A DNA stretch of 64,000 nucleotides, from positions 288,001 to 352,000 of the forward strand of contig CAXXWQ010000004.1 in assembly GCA_963674945.2 (NCBI GenBank), read 5' to 3'. Made by a program: the position numbers and the translations under genes. The notes beneath the pieces are model-generated. The model was not told the DNA's origin, ran no database searches, and was given only the letters and a program-made list of their open reading frames with translations. Positions within the stretch are counted from its first letter, which is position 1, and every line of letters begins with the position of its first letter. This document shows, in pieces, positions 9,421-18,317 of this stretch. The DNA is from an uncultured Desulfosarcina sp. Lineage in GTDB: Bacteria > Desulfobacterota > Desulfobacteria > Desulfobacterales > Desulfosarcinaceae.

Positions 9421-10392
9421 TTAATGATCAGTGTTCATCCCGGCCATTTCCAATATCCGCCTGCCTTCGGAGCAATATAGATCCGGATAGAGCAGACACC
9501 CGATACGGTAAATGCCCACCAGCAGTTCCATGGTCGGCCGTGAAACGATGGTTTCTTCGATCTGATACACCCGCCCCTCCTTGACGGCCTTAATAGCTCC
9601 GAATCCCGGCTCATCCATGATGGCGGCCACCGAAATCCGGTTCATGGGGCCCTGCTGGGACAAGAAAACGTCGATCTGCCCGGCATGGGAAAGCAGACGC
9701 TCCTTTCCATAAACGGCGATGTTGTTCTTTTCCCGCACCGGTGCATCGGAAGCCACATTCATTCCCCCGGCGGTCTCCAGGACGAAGATGGCCATGGCCG
9801 TCGGAGAAAAGGTCTTCATCTTGCTGTGGATGGCCTCGAAGTACACCCGTTCGGGGTTCTCCACCCGGCCGGACAATCGTTTGAATTCATCCACGGCCGA
9901 CGCGAAACGCGTCGCAACGGCACGGGCTTCGGGCTCATTTCCCACGAGCGTTCCCAGCAGGTTCCAGTACGGTGTCAGTTGGGAAACCTCCGTGGGTTGA
10001 CACGACACCACCTGAATCCCGCTTTGCCGGAGACGGTGAACCAGCCTCGGATATCCGCGTTCGATCATTGGCCGAACCAGCACCAAATCCGGCCTGGCGG
10101 CCAAAAATCGTTCCGGATCGTCGTGATAAGAAAAAACCGGCTTCCCTGTAACGCCCGAAAGATATACCGACTGCCGGTCGACACCGATGATCCGGTCGAC
10201 GGCATCCAGTGCAACGAGGTTCACGGTATGTGCCCCATACAGGGAGATAATACGTTTATAAGGGGCGCCAGCCAAGACGGCATGGTCCGGGGCCGTGGCC
10301 CGTGCGAACTTCCCCTGGCCCAACATCAGCCAGGCAATGAACCAGACGGGAAAAACGATCAAGGCAAAAACGCAGCGCCTCTTAACTTCCAT
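9421..10392 (-). CDS. ABC transporter periplasmic binding protein, cobalamin/iron-chelate class (BtuF-like)
   Basis: Signal peptide, RIISL, ERFLAARPDLV, AVKEGRVY and SRPT motifs. Lies under a B12 riboswitch. Confidence 0.85.
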   Translation of the reverse strand: MEVKRRCVFALIVFPVWFIAWLMLGQGKFARATAPDHAVLAGAPYKRIISLYGAHTVNLVALDAVDRIIGVDRQSVYLSGVTGKPVFSYHDDPERFLAARPDLVLVRPMIERGYPRLVHRLRQSGIQVVSCQPTEVSQLTPYWNLLGTLVGNEPEARAVATRFASAVDEFKRLSGRVENPERVYFEAIHSKMKTFSPTAMAIFVLETAGGMNVASDAPVREKNNIAVYGKERLLSHAGQIDVFLSQQGPMNRISVAAIMDEPGFGAIKAVKEGRVYQIEETIVSRPTMELLVGIYRIGCLLYPDLYCSEGRRILEMAGMNTDH

Positions 10393-10408
10393 CTCCCCTC
10401 CTCTTTTG

Positions 10409-11185
10409 TCAGGCCCGCTTGTACCGGACCTGAAGATTTCCCGTAAAATCGTCCAACGTCACCTTAGCCCGAATATCAAACACCCGTTTTAAACTTTCGG
10501 GTGTCAGCACCGCCTTTGTCGGCCCGACGGCCTTCACCCGTCCGGATTGGAGAATCACCAAGTACTGGCTGTAGGCCGATGCCAGGTTCAGGTCCTGGAA
10601 CACGGCGATCACCGTTCGGCCTTCGGTCCTGACCAGATCGCGTACCCGATCCAGCAACACCAGGGCGTGGCATACATCCAGGTTGGCCGTGGCCTCGTCC
10701 AACACCAGTACGGGCGCATGCTGGGCAAGGGCACGGGCAAAGATCACCCGCTGGCGCTCCCCTCCGCTCAAGGTGGTGATGGAACGATCCTTGAGAAAAA
10801 GCAGATCGCAGTCTGCCATCACCTTCTCCACGAGTTTCAAATCCACCGGAGACAGGGTACCAAACCGGGGCGTGTGCGGATACCGCCCCATGCGAACCAC
10901 ATCTTCGACGGAAAAGGAGAAGTGAATCGTGTAATTCTGGGGCACAAGGGCGATCCGGCGGGCAAGGGCCCTTTTGTCATATGCTGCAAGTGGCCTGCCA
11001 TCCAAAAAAATTTGGCCATTTCGGGGCCTTTTGTGCCGGCAGATCAAATCCAGCAACGTGGTCTTGCCGCATCCGTTGGGACCGATGATGCCTATGAATT
11101 TTCCGGCGGGCAGGACCAGATCCAGGTCCTCGAACAAGTCCTTGCCCGGATGGGAGAAGTTTACGCCGGAGAGCTCGAATGCCAC
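10409..11185 (-). CDS. ABC transporter ATP-binding protein (FecE/BtuD-like)
   Basis: Walker A GPNGCGKTT, signature LSGGERQR, Walker B VLVLDE. Likely GTG start at 11185. Confidence 0.92.
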   Translation of the reverse strand: MAFELSGVNFSHPGKDLFEDLDLVLPAGKFIGIIGPNGCGKTTLLDLICRHKRPRNGQIFLDGRPLAAYDKRALARRIALVPQNYTIHFSFSVEDVVRMGRYPHTPRFGTLSPVDLKLVEKVMADCDLLFLKDRSITTLSGGERQRVIFARALAQHAPVLVLDEATANLDVCHALVLLDRVRDLVRTEGRTVIAVFQDLNLASAYSQYLVILQSGRVKAVGPTKAVLTPESLKRVFDIRAKVTLDDFTGNLQVRYKRA

Positions 11186-11187
11186 GA

Positions 11188-12264
11188 TTATTCCCCCATT
11201 TGGCCGGTCTGGCGTTTGCGGAAGAGGTAACAAAAAAACGGTCCGCCGATGAGCGCCGTGAGTACACCGATGGGAATCTCGTGGGGCAATACGGCCCGGG
11301 TCACCGTGTCGGCAATCAGAAGCAGGATCGCACCGCAAAAAAAGGACAGCGGCAACAGGCGCCGGTTGTCCGGGCCCACCAGCGCACGCATCATGTGAGG
11401 AACAAGCAGTCCCACGAAACCGATGATTCCGGAAACGGCCACGCAGGCAGCCGCCACAAGGGAAGCGGTGACCAACAGAATCCAGGGAACACGGCGAGTA
11501 TCCACCCCCAGCGATGCGGCGGTTCTGCGCCCCAGGCACAAAAGGTTCAGGTCCCGGGCATAGAAAACGAAAATCCCCATTCCGAAGATCAGAAAAATGG
11601 CGGTCAGGCCCACATCGGCCCATGTCTTGGAGGAAAAACTCCCCATGAGCCAGAAGATGATCACCGACACCTGTTCATCGGCAACGAACTTTAAGAAACT
11701 GATGCCGGCGGACAATATGGCCGCAACGATGATGCCGGACAATATCAGGTTGTTGGCATCGGCCCCACCCGCGGACGACGATAGATAGATGACCAATACG
11801 AGTGTGGCGGCAGCACCGATGAAAGCGCACACCGGAACGCTGTAAATTCCGGCAACGGTCAGATTGAAAAGCAGGGCAAGGGCGGCACCGAAGGCGGCAC
11901 CGGCGGACACGCCCAGCGTATACGGGTCGGCCAAAGGGTTGAGCAGGATCCCTTGAAAGATGACGCCGCAGAGCGAAAGGCCTCCGCCCACCAGAGCGGC
12001 GGTGAGAATTCGCGGCAACCGCACCTCCATGATGACGACACGCGTCAGCTCGTCCAGATCGGTTGCCGGCGGCAGGTCACCAGCCAAGCTGCCACCGATG
12101 ACCCGCAGGACGTCCAACCAGCCGATTTTGATGTATCCCATCCCGGCAGACAAACCGACCACGGACAAAAGCATCAAGACCAACAGGACCATGAGAAGCA
12201 GGCTGTGGGCTCCGAGTCGTTTGGAAAGTTTGTCACCCACCATATCGTTCACCGGTTGTCCCAT
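11188..12264 (-). CDS. ABC transporter permease, FecCD/BtuC family
   Basis: Motifs VRLPRI, NPLADPYTLGVSAGA, GIIGFVGLLVPH and EIPIGVLTALIGGPFF. Confidence 0.93.
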   Translation of the reverse strand: MGQPVNDMVGDKLSKRLGAHSLLLMVLLVLMLLSVVGLSAGMGYIKIGWLDVLRVIGGSLAGDLPPATDLDELTRVVIMEVRLPRILTAALVGGGLSLCGVIFQGILLNPLADPYTLGVSAGAAFGAALALLFNLTVAGIYSVPVCAFIGAAATLVLVIYLSSSAGGADANNLILSGIIVAAILSAGISFLKFVADEQVSVIIFWLMGSFSSKTWADVGLTAIFLIFGMGIFVFYARDLNLLCLGRRTAASLGVDTRRVPWILLVTASLVAAACVAVSGIIGFVGLLVPHMMRALVGPDNRRLLPLSFFCGAILLLIADTVTRAVLPHEIPIGVLTALIGGPFFCYLFRKRQTGQMGE

Positions 12265-12314
12265 CCCCGCGTATTTCCCGATTTCCGCCAGATCACGCGT
12301 GAAGATCCCTCAAA

Positions 12315-12355
12315 TAAAAAAACCCTTCAAACCTATAATCCCGGTTCAAAGGGTT
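12315..12355 (-). terminator. Riboswitch-controlled intrinsic terminator
   Basis: The minus strand reads AACCCTTTGAACC...GGTTTGAAGGGTT followed by a T tract, between the riboswitch and the permease gene. Confidence 0.8.
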
Positions 12356-12429
12356 GCACCCGTATTTCTTGGCCCTTACTGACCTCTATTGCCGTAAAAC
12401 GCGTTTCCTAAGAAAACGTTTCCGGCACT

Positions 12430-12620
12430 TCGTTCAGGCAGGTCTTCTGGCTTCCCCGGCCCGTTGATTGCCTTCCCATACCGCAGTGGCGGCACAGTGA
12501 CGAGTGGTTCAACGGTTCCCTTGCATGCACGGACAAGGGGCAGAGGTTACAGCGGCGGGACCGCTCCCGGTTTTCACGGGATTCCCTTTTAAGCAAAATG
12601 CACCTTGGTCAGTGCTTGTA
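12430..12620 (-). ncRNA. Cobalamin (adenosylcobalamin) riboswitch
   Basis: The minus strand has AGGTGC...AAAAGGGAATCCCGTGAAAACCGGGAGCGGTCCCGCCGCTGTAA, GCCACTG, GGGAAGGC and the B12 box AAGCCAGAAGACCTGCC. Confidence 0.95.
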
Positions 12621-12802
12621 GGCCATATACACGTTGCTGTCAATGCACAATACGAAGGGCAATGGGAAAACCCGATGCGGATGCGGTACAATCAATGAAT
12701 CTTGGCTGCACGGGAAAAAGGATCATGCAAGGTTGAAAATCTCCTTCGGTTAATGGTATGTTAAGCGGTTAGAAATTTATTAAAATAGGAAAATTCTACC
12801 AA

Positions 12803-14161
12803 ATGGGACTTCATAGAACAGACGTCGTCAGTTCCGGTTCTTTCGAGTTGGGCACTACACAGCCTCGCAGGCTCCAAGCGATTCTCGGCACATGCGTGGG
12901 CGTTGCGGTTTACGACGACAATGCCGGCGTGGGTGGAATCGTCCACCTCCTCTTACCAGAACCCATCAGCCCGACGAGTATTGATTTTCCCGAAAAATAC
13001 GCAACCACCGGTATGCCCCTGTTCCTGGACCAACTCATTGAAAAGGGTGCGACGATCCAGCACATGAAGGCGGTTGTGGCCGGAGGTGCCCTGGTGGGGC
13101 CGTTGACACACCAGGATATCAGTCTCGATATCGGCGGACGGACGGTGGAAAAAGTGACCGAGACCTTGGACAATTACGGAATCACGGTTGCCGATTCGGA
13201 AACCGGTGGATTTTTTACCTGCTGTATCGAACTGGACATGCAACAGTGGCATTGCCAGATCCGTCCCATCGGGTTCGATTCGGAAGTTACGGGTGAAACC
13301 GAATCAAAATCATCAACCATCGATATCCGTCATGCCATCGATTCTATCAAGCCCATCCCGCAGGTGGCCTTGAAGGTGTTGCGCCTTATCGAAGATGGAA
13401 CCTATGATACGGAAAAAATAGCCGAAGAAGTGAAAAAGGACCAGGTTATCAGTGCAAGGACCATTCAGCTTTGCAACTCGGCCCTCTTTTCCAAACGCCA
13501 GGATGTGGCATCCTTGGATCACGCCCTGGTCTTTCTCGGACAGAACCTTTTCGTGAAGCTGATCATCTCCGCTGCCGTACAAAGCTATTTCGGCCAGTGC
13601 GGCAACGGGTACAGTCTGTGCAAAGGTGGCATCTACCACCATGCCATCGGTACGGCGATGGTGTCGGAAAAAATTGCCAATACTACGGGAAAGGCCGTGC
13701 CCGGCGTCGCCTATACCGCCGGCCTGCTCCATGACATCGGAAAGGTCGTTCTCGATCAATATATCATCGACGCCTATCCCATGCTCTACAGGGAGTTTCA
13801 GGACCGGCAGAACGAAATCATCGGTGTGGAAACGAAAGCCTTAGGGCTGGACCATACCCGCGCCGGCGAAGTATTGGCAAAAAAATGGGCCTTGCCCAAT
13901 GTTCTTGTCGATGCCATTCGATTTCACCACCAGCCGGGAAAAAGCGTCCATGACCGATCCCTCACCACCATCGTCTATCTGGCAGATCTCCTCATGTCCA
14001 GGTTTCATTCCGGTCTCGAGTTGGAGCGCATCGGGACCGAAAGCCTGGTCGAGAGCCTGGCCCGATTGGACCTTACCACGGAAGAGTTCAGCCACCTCGT
14101 CGACCTGATCCCCGAAAAAGTTTTCGAACCGGCAGACGAATCCGGAGAGGACGCCTTCTAA
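12803..14161 (+). CDS. CheD-like deamidase domain fused to an HDOD domain
   Basis: The N-terminal half has CheD motifs (ILGTCVGV, HLLLP, KYA, DIGGR). The C-terminal half has HDOD motifs (PIPQVA, AGLLHDIGKVVL, DHTRAG, KWALP, FHH). Confidence 0.85.
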   Translation: MGLHRTDVVSSGSFELGTTQPRRLQAILGTCVGVAVYDDNAGVGGIVHLLLPEPISPTSIDFPEKYATTGMPLFLDQLIEKGATIQHMKAVVAGGALVGPLTHQDISLDIGGRTVEKVTETLDNYGITVADSETGGFFTCCIELDMQQWHCQIRPIGFDSEVTGETESKSSTIDIRHAIDSIKPIPQVALKVLRLIEDGTYDTEKIAEEVKKDQVISARTIQLCNSALFSKRQDVASLDHALVFLGQNLFVKLIISAAVQSYFGQCGNGYSLCKGGIYHHAIGTAMVSEKIANTTGKAVPGVAYTAGLLHDIGKVVLDQYIIDAYPMLYREFQDRQNEIIGVETKALGLDHTRAGEVLAKKWALPNVLVDAIRFHHQPGKSVHDRSLTTIVYLADLLMSRFHSGLELERIGTESLVESLARLDLTTEEFSHLVDLIPEKVFEPADESGEDAF

Positions 14162-14190
14162 CGCCGATATACGAGGAAAGCCCTACGTTC

Positions 14191-15609
14191 ATGGAAAACA
14201 AACAACAGGCGCAATTGAAAAAGATTCCAGGAGTGGATCGCATTCTCGAGTACGGCACCCAGGAGGGGCTCTTCGACGATATCCCGAAATCGTTGCTGGT
14301 TCGTGCCATCCGAAGGGAAGTAGACGGCCTTCGGTCCCGGATACTGAAATCAGACATCCCCCTGGACGAAAGCATTCTCACGATGGAAGTTCTTTGTTCC
14401 CGTATCGAAGCCGATGCACAAAAGGACATGGCCCACAGGCTCAAACGCACCATCAATGCAACAGGGATCGTGGTGCACACCAACCTGGGACGATCACTTC
14501 TGTCCCCGGCAGTCATGGAGAACCTGACCACCATCTCCGGTCGCTATTCCAATCTGGAATTCGATCTGGAAAAGGGCCGACGCGGTTCCCGCTATTCGGC
14601 CGTGGAAGACATTCTCTGCGAATTGACCGGTGCCAATGCCGCAATGGTCGTGAACAACAATGCGGCCGCCGTTTTACTGTGCCTGGACACACTGGCCACC
14701 GGCCGTGAGGTGATCGTCTCCCGTGGAGAGCTGATCGAAATCGGCGGTGCATTCCGGATCCCGGACGTCATGACAAAAAGCGGTGCCATCCTGAAAGAGG
14801 TGGGAACGACCAATCGCACCCATCCCCACGATTATGAAAATGCCATCGGTGACCAGACGGGACTCCTGCTCAAGGCACATACCAGCAATTACCATATCGT
14901 GGGTTTCACAGCGGCGGTTTCCCTTGCAGACCTGGTCGCCATGGGCAGACGCCACGACATTGCCGTTATGGAAGATTTGGGCAGCGGTACGCTGGTGGAT
15001 TTTTCCAACTACGGCCTGATCAAAGAGCCCACCGTGCAAGAATCACTTGCAGCCGGTGTCGACGTGGTTACGTTCAGTGGAGACAAGTTGCTCGGCGGGC
15101 CCCAGGCCGGCATCATTCTCGGGAGCAAGAGGCACATTGACCGGATCAAGGCAAATCCGCTAACCAGAGCCCTTCGCATCGACAAGATGACCCTGGCCGC
15201 CCTGGAAGGCACACTGCGACTCTATCGGGATCAACGCCAGGCAATGGGACAGATTCCCACCTTGCGAATGCTGACACTGCCGCTTTCGACCATCGAGGCC
15301 AGGGCTGTACAATTGCGATCGAAGCTGCAGCGGTTGGAAAAAACACGGCTTACGGTCACGATATTGGATCTGTCCAGCAAAGCCGGTGGCGGTTCCTTGC
15401 CCCTGTTGGAACTTCCCAGCCGTTGCGTGGGGGTTACCATAAAGGGGATTTCCCCGAACGCCATCGAAAGCTGGATGCGCAGGCACACGCCACCCATTAT
15501 CGGCAGAATCGAAAACGATCAATTCATCATGGATCCACGCACCCTGCAGGAAGAGGAGACGGACATGATCGAAGAGGCCTTTGCAGAAATGCTGGCCGAG
15601 GGAAGGTAA
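14191..15609 (+). CDS. selA: L-seryl-tRNA(Sec) selenium transferase
   Basis: Motifs INATGIVVHTNLGR, VNNNAAA, EIGGAFRIPD, EVGTTNRT, EDLGSG and FSGDKLLGGPQAG. Confidence 0.97.
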   Translation: MENKQQAQLKKIPGVDRILEYGTQEGLFDDIPKSLLVRAIRREVDGLRSRILKSDIPLDESILTMEVLCSRIEADAQKDMAHRLKRTINATGIVVHTNLGRSLLSPAVMENLTTISGRYSNLEFDLEKGRRGSRYSAVEDILCELTGANAAMVVNNNAAAVLLCLDTLATGREVIVSRGELIEIGGAFRIPDVMTKSGAILKEVGTTNRTHPHDYENAIGDQTGLLLKAHTSNYHIVGFTAAVSLADLVAMGRRHDIAVMEDLGSGTLVDFSNYGLIKEPTVQESLAAGVDVVTFSGDKLLGGPQAGIILGSKRHIDRIKANPLTRALRIDKMTLAALEGTLRLYRDQRQAMGQIPTLRMLTLPLSTIEARAVQLRSKLQRLEKTRLTVTILDLSSKAGGGSLPLLELPSRCVGVTIKGISPNAIESWMRRHTPPIIGRIENDQFIMDPRTLQEEETDMIEEAFAEMLAEGR

Positions 15610-15613
15610 ATCG

Positions 15614-16969
15614 ATGACGAAGCAGACGACGGATCTTTTCACCCATCGAAGTTCGACCCAGGAGTTTCTCTTCTCCCGTTCCCATGACGCCTCGGGAGAC
15701 AGGGATCGCCCTTCGAATCGGACCGACGGGGAAAGTGTCGGAACAGCTCCGCTGAAATGTCACTTTCCCGAATTACTGGATCATCGGGAACTAACAGACG
15801 CCATCGACGCACGGATGGGGTCGGCGTCGGTTCTTTTTGCCATGGCCGTACAATTCCAATGGCCGGATCTGTCCGGGACCGATGATACGACCGTTCCCGA
15901 GGCCATGATTGCGGCCGTCACACCCCTGGCCGAGACCTGCCACGCCAATGGCGGCATATGGGGACAAATCGGCGACGATCGATTTGTCTGTGTCTTTGCC
16001 GACCTTGACGAATCCGATGGAATGAAGATGGCCGAGGGCCTTCAAAAGCGAATCGTCGACGAGGGACAATCGCCGGTCACCATTGGCGTCGCCACCCACC
16101 CGACCCTCGACGACACGCGCGTCCAGATCGTGGAGAATGCGCAAAAAGCCCTGGTCCATGCCGGCTTTTTCGGTTCGGGTGCCATCAATCGATTCGATTC
16201 GGTCAGTCTCAACATCAGCGGAGATCGCCGTTATCAGGCCGGTGATGTCGCCGGTGCCATGGACGAATACAAAAAGGGATTGTTGTTCGATCCCACCGAC
16301 GCCAACCTTTACAACAGTCTGGGCGTCTGCCACGGGGTGCAAAAAAATTACGAAAATGCATTGGCCGCATTTGAAAACGCCATCCGGTTGGCGCCGGAAG
16401 AGATGATGCCACGCTACAACAAAGGTTATATTCTTCTTTTGCAGGAAGATCGGGAGGCAGCGCTGGAGGACTTTCTGGCGGCCGACAAGATCGAACCCGG
16501 CATTTTCGAAGTTGTTTTTCATATCGGCCAGACTTATGTTGGGCTAAACGATCTGGACAGCGCCAGGCCGTATCTGGAATCGGCAACGGGAGCAAATTCC
16601 CGTTCCGGACCGGCGTTTCGGGGCCTTGGCGCTTGCCTTGCGGGACTGGGCCTTTCCAAGGAGGCCATTCAGGCCTATAAACAGGCGGTGAAGCTCAATC
16701 CCACCGATGCGGCCTCTCTTTCGAATCTGGGCGACTTGTACATTCAAAGAAACGAGAGCCTGGAGGTGGCATCGGCATTGTGCGAGCAAAGCGTTTGCCT
16801 TTCTCCGGAAAACGGCCTTTTTCGACATCGCCTGGCCCAGGCTTTCTTTCTCATGGACCGGTTGGACCAAGCCCTGGAGGAATTCGAGAAGGCAGTGGCA
16901 CTGGGCCATGACAGTCAATCCCGAATCGAGGAGATACAGTCACGATTGCTGGAGGCAAAGGCATCGTAA
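15614..16969 (+). CDS. Degenerate GGDEF-like domain plus tetratricopeptide repeats
   Basis: GQIGDDRFVCVF...VTIGVA...NAQKAL resembles a GGDEF fold without the GG(D/E)EF motif. Multiple TPR units follow (e.g. NLYNSLGVCH, EAIQAYKQAVKLNP). Confidence 0.75.
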   Translation: MTKQTTDLFTHRSSTQEFLFSRSHDASGDRDRPSNRTDGESVGTAPLKCHFPELLDHRELTDAIDARMGSASVLFAMAVQFQWPDLSGTDDTTVPEAMIAAVTPLAETCHANGGIWGQIGDDRFVCVFADLDESDGMKMAEGLQKRIVDEGQSPVTIGVATHPTLDDTRVQIVENAQKALVHAGFFGSGAINRFDSVSLNISGDRRYQAGDVAGAMDEYKKGLLFDPTDANLYNSLGVCHGVQKNYENALAAFENAIRLAPEEMMPRYNKGYILLLQEDREAALEDFLAADKIEPGIFEVVFHIGQTYVGLNDLDSARPYLESATGANSRSGPAFRGLGACLAGLGLSKEAIQAYKQAVKLNPTDAASLSNLGDLYIQRNESLEVASALCEQSVCLSPENGLFRHRLAQAFFLMDRLDQALEEFEKAVALGHDSQSRIEEIQSRLLEAKAS

Positions 16970-17001
16970 TCGTAACGAGTCCACGATAACAAAAAATGTC
17001 G

Positions 17002-17126
17002 GACGGCTTCGTAAAAAGTTCGAGATCAAGGATTGCGAGTCCCGAGGAATGAGGCGTATATAGAAATACGCCGCAATGACGAGGTGTGAAGCGTAACGCT
17101 GATATCGGACTCTTTACGAAGCCGTC
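17002..17126. repeat. Palindromic MITE/REP-like element, family B, copy 1
   Basis: Terminal inverted repeats GACGGCTTCGTAAA / TTTACGAAGCCGTC and a central GGCGTAT...ATACGCC hairpin. A related copy lies at 47848. Confidence 0.85.
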
Positions 17127-17148
17127 AATAAAAGGAGCGAGATCTTTC

Positions 17149-17382
17149 ATGCCCATCTACGAATACAAATGCAACGAATGTGGTCATACCTTTGAATACC
17201 TGGTGCTGGGCGGCGGTGAACCGGATCATTGCGCCGCGTGCCAATCCAACGACGTCTGTCGTTTGATGTCTACCTGCGGTTTCATGAGCAAGGGAAGCGG
17301 CGGCCAGATCGAAAGCAAGTCGGCGGGGACCTCTTCCTGCACCGGATGCAGCGCAACCAGTTGTGCCGGGTGCGGTCACTGA
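17149..17382 (+). CDS. FmdB family zinc-ribbon protein
   Basis: MPIYEYKCNECGHTFE...CAAC and a Cys-rich C-terminus. Preceded by an AAAGGAG ribosome-binding site. Confidence 0.9.
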   Translation: MPIYEYKCNECGHTFEYLVLGGGEPDHCAACQSNDVCRLMSTCGFMSKGSGGQIESKSAGTSSCTGCSATSCAGCGH

Positions 17383-18317
17383 TGATAAAAGAGGTCGTCA
17401 CCATCGGGACCCGTGGCAGCAAACTGGCCCTCTGGCAGGCAAACTGGGTCAAAGCGGCCATCATGGCCAACCACCCCGGACACGCCGTGGCGCTTTCCAT
17501 CATCAAAACCAAGGGGGACAAAATCGTGGATGTTCCCCTGGCCAAGGTGGGTGGAAAGGGACTCTTCGTCAAAGAGATCGAGGAAGCCCTGCTCGACGGT
17601 CGGATCGATCTGGCCGTCCACAGCATGAAAGACATGCCCGCCGACCTTCCCGACGGTCTTTGCATCGGGGCCATACCAGGCAGGGAAGAGCCCCGGGACG
17701 TCCTGATTTCCAGAAACGGATCGACACTGGACAATCTGGCGCCCGGTGCGAAAATCGGCACCAGCAGCCTGCGTCGTTCGGCACAACTGCTCCATGCACG
17801 TCCCGACTTGGTCATTGTCCCCTTGCGGGGGAATCTGGATACCCGGTTGAAAAAATTGGATGGGGGCGATTTTGATGCCATCGTGCTGGCAGCGGCCGGG
17901 GTTCGCCGTCTGGGCCTTTCGGATCGTATCACGCAGGTTCTGGACAATTCTGTCATGCTGCCGGCAGTGGGACAAGGTGCTCTTTGCATCGAAACCAGGA
18001 AGGCGGATCCTGAGATCACACCGGTGGTCACCGCCTTGGACGACCCGGCCACACGACGGGTGGTACTGGGGGAACGGGCTTTTTTGCATCGGCTCGAAGG
18101 CGGCTGCCAAGTCCCCATCGCGGGCCATGGACATTTGAATGACGAGACCTTTTCCATGACCGGTCTGGTATGCGATATAGACGGTTCCAAACGAATCAAA
18201 CGATCACAACAAGGCCCCGCCGACCAAAGCGAGTCCATTGGACGAGAACTCGCCGAAGCGCTTCTCGCCGAAGGTGCCGGTGAAATCTTAGAAAGACTCA
18301 ACGCCAATGCACAATAA
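17382..18317 (+). CDS. hemC: Hydroxymethylbilane synthase (porphobilinogen deaminase)
   Basis: Motifs IGTRGSKLALWQA, GKGLFVKEIE, AVHSMKD, GTSSLRR, RGNLDTRL and EGGCQVP. Confidence 0.97.
   Translation: MIKEVVTIGTRGSKLALWQANWVKAAIMANHPGHAVALSIIKTKGDKIVDVPLAKVGGKGLFVKEIEEALLDGRIDLAVHSMKDMPADLPDGLCIGAIPGREEPRDVLISRNGSTLDNLAPGAKIGTSSLRRSAQLLHARPDLVIVPLRGNLDTRLKKLDGGDFDAIVLAAAGVRRLGLSDRITQVLDNSVMLPAVGQGALCIETRKADPEITPVVTALDDPATRRVVLGERAFLHRLEGGCQVPIAGHGHLNDETFSMTGLVCDIDGSKRIKRSQQGPADQSESIGRELAEALLAEGAGEILERLNANAQ

Noticed and set aside
10409..11623. 404 aa version of the ABC ATPase
   Set aside because: The first ~146 codons overlap the permease in another frame. The real start is probably GTG at 11185.
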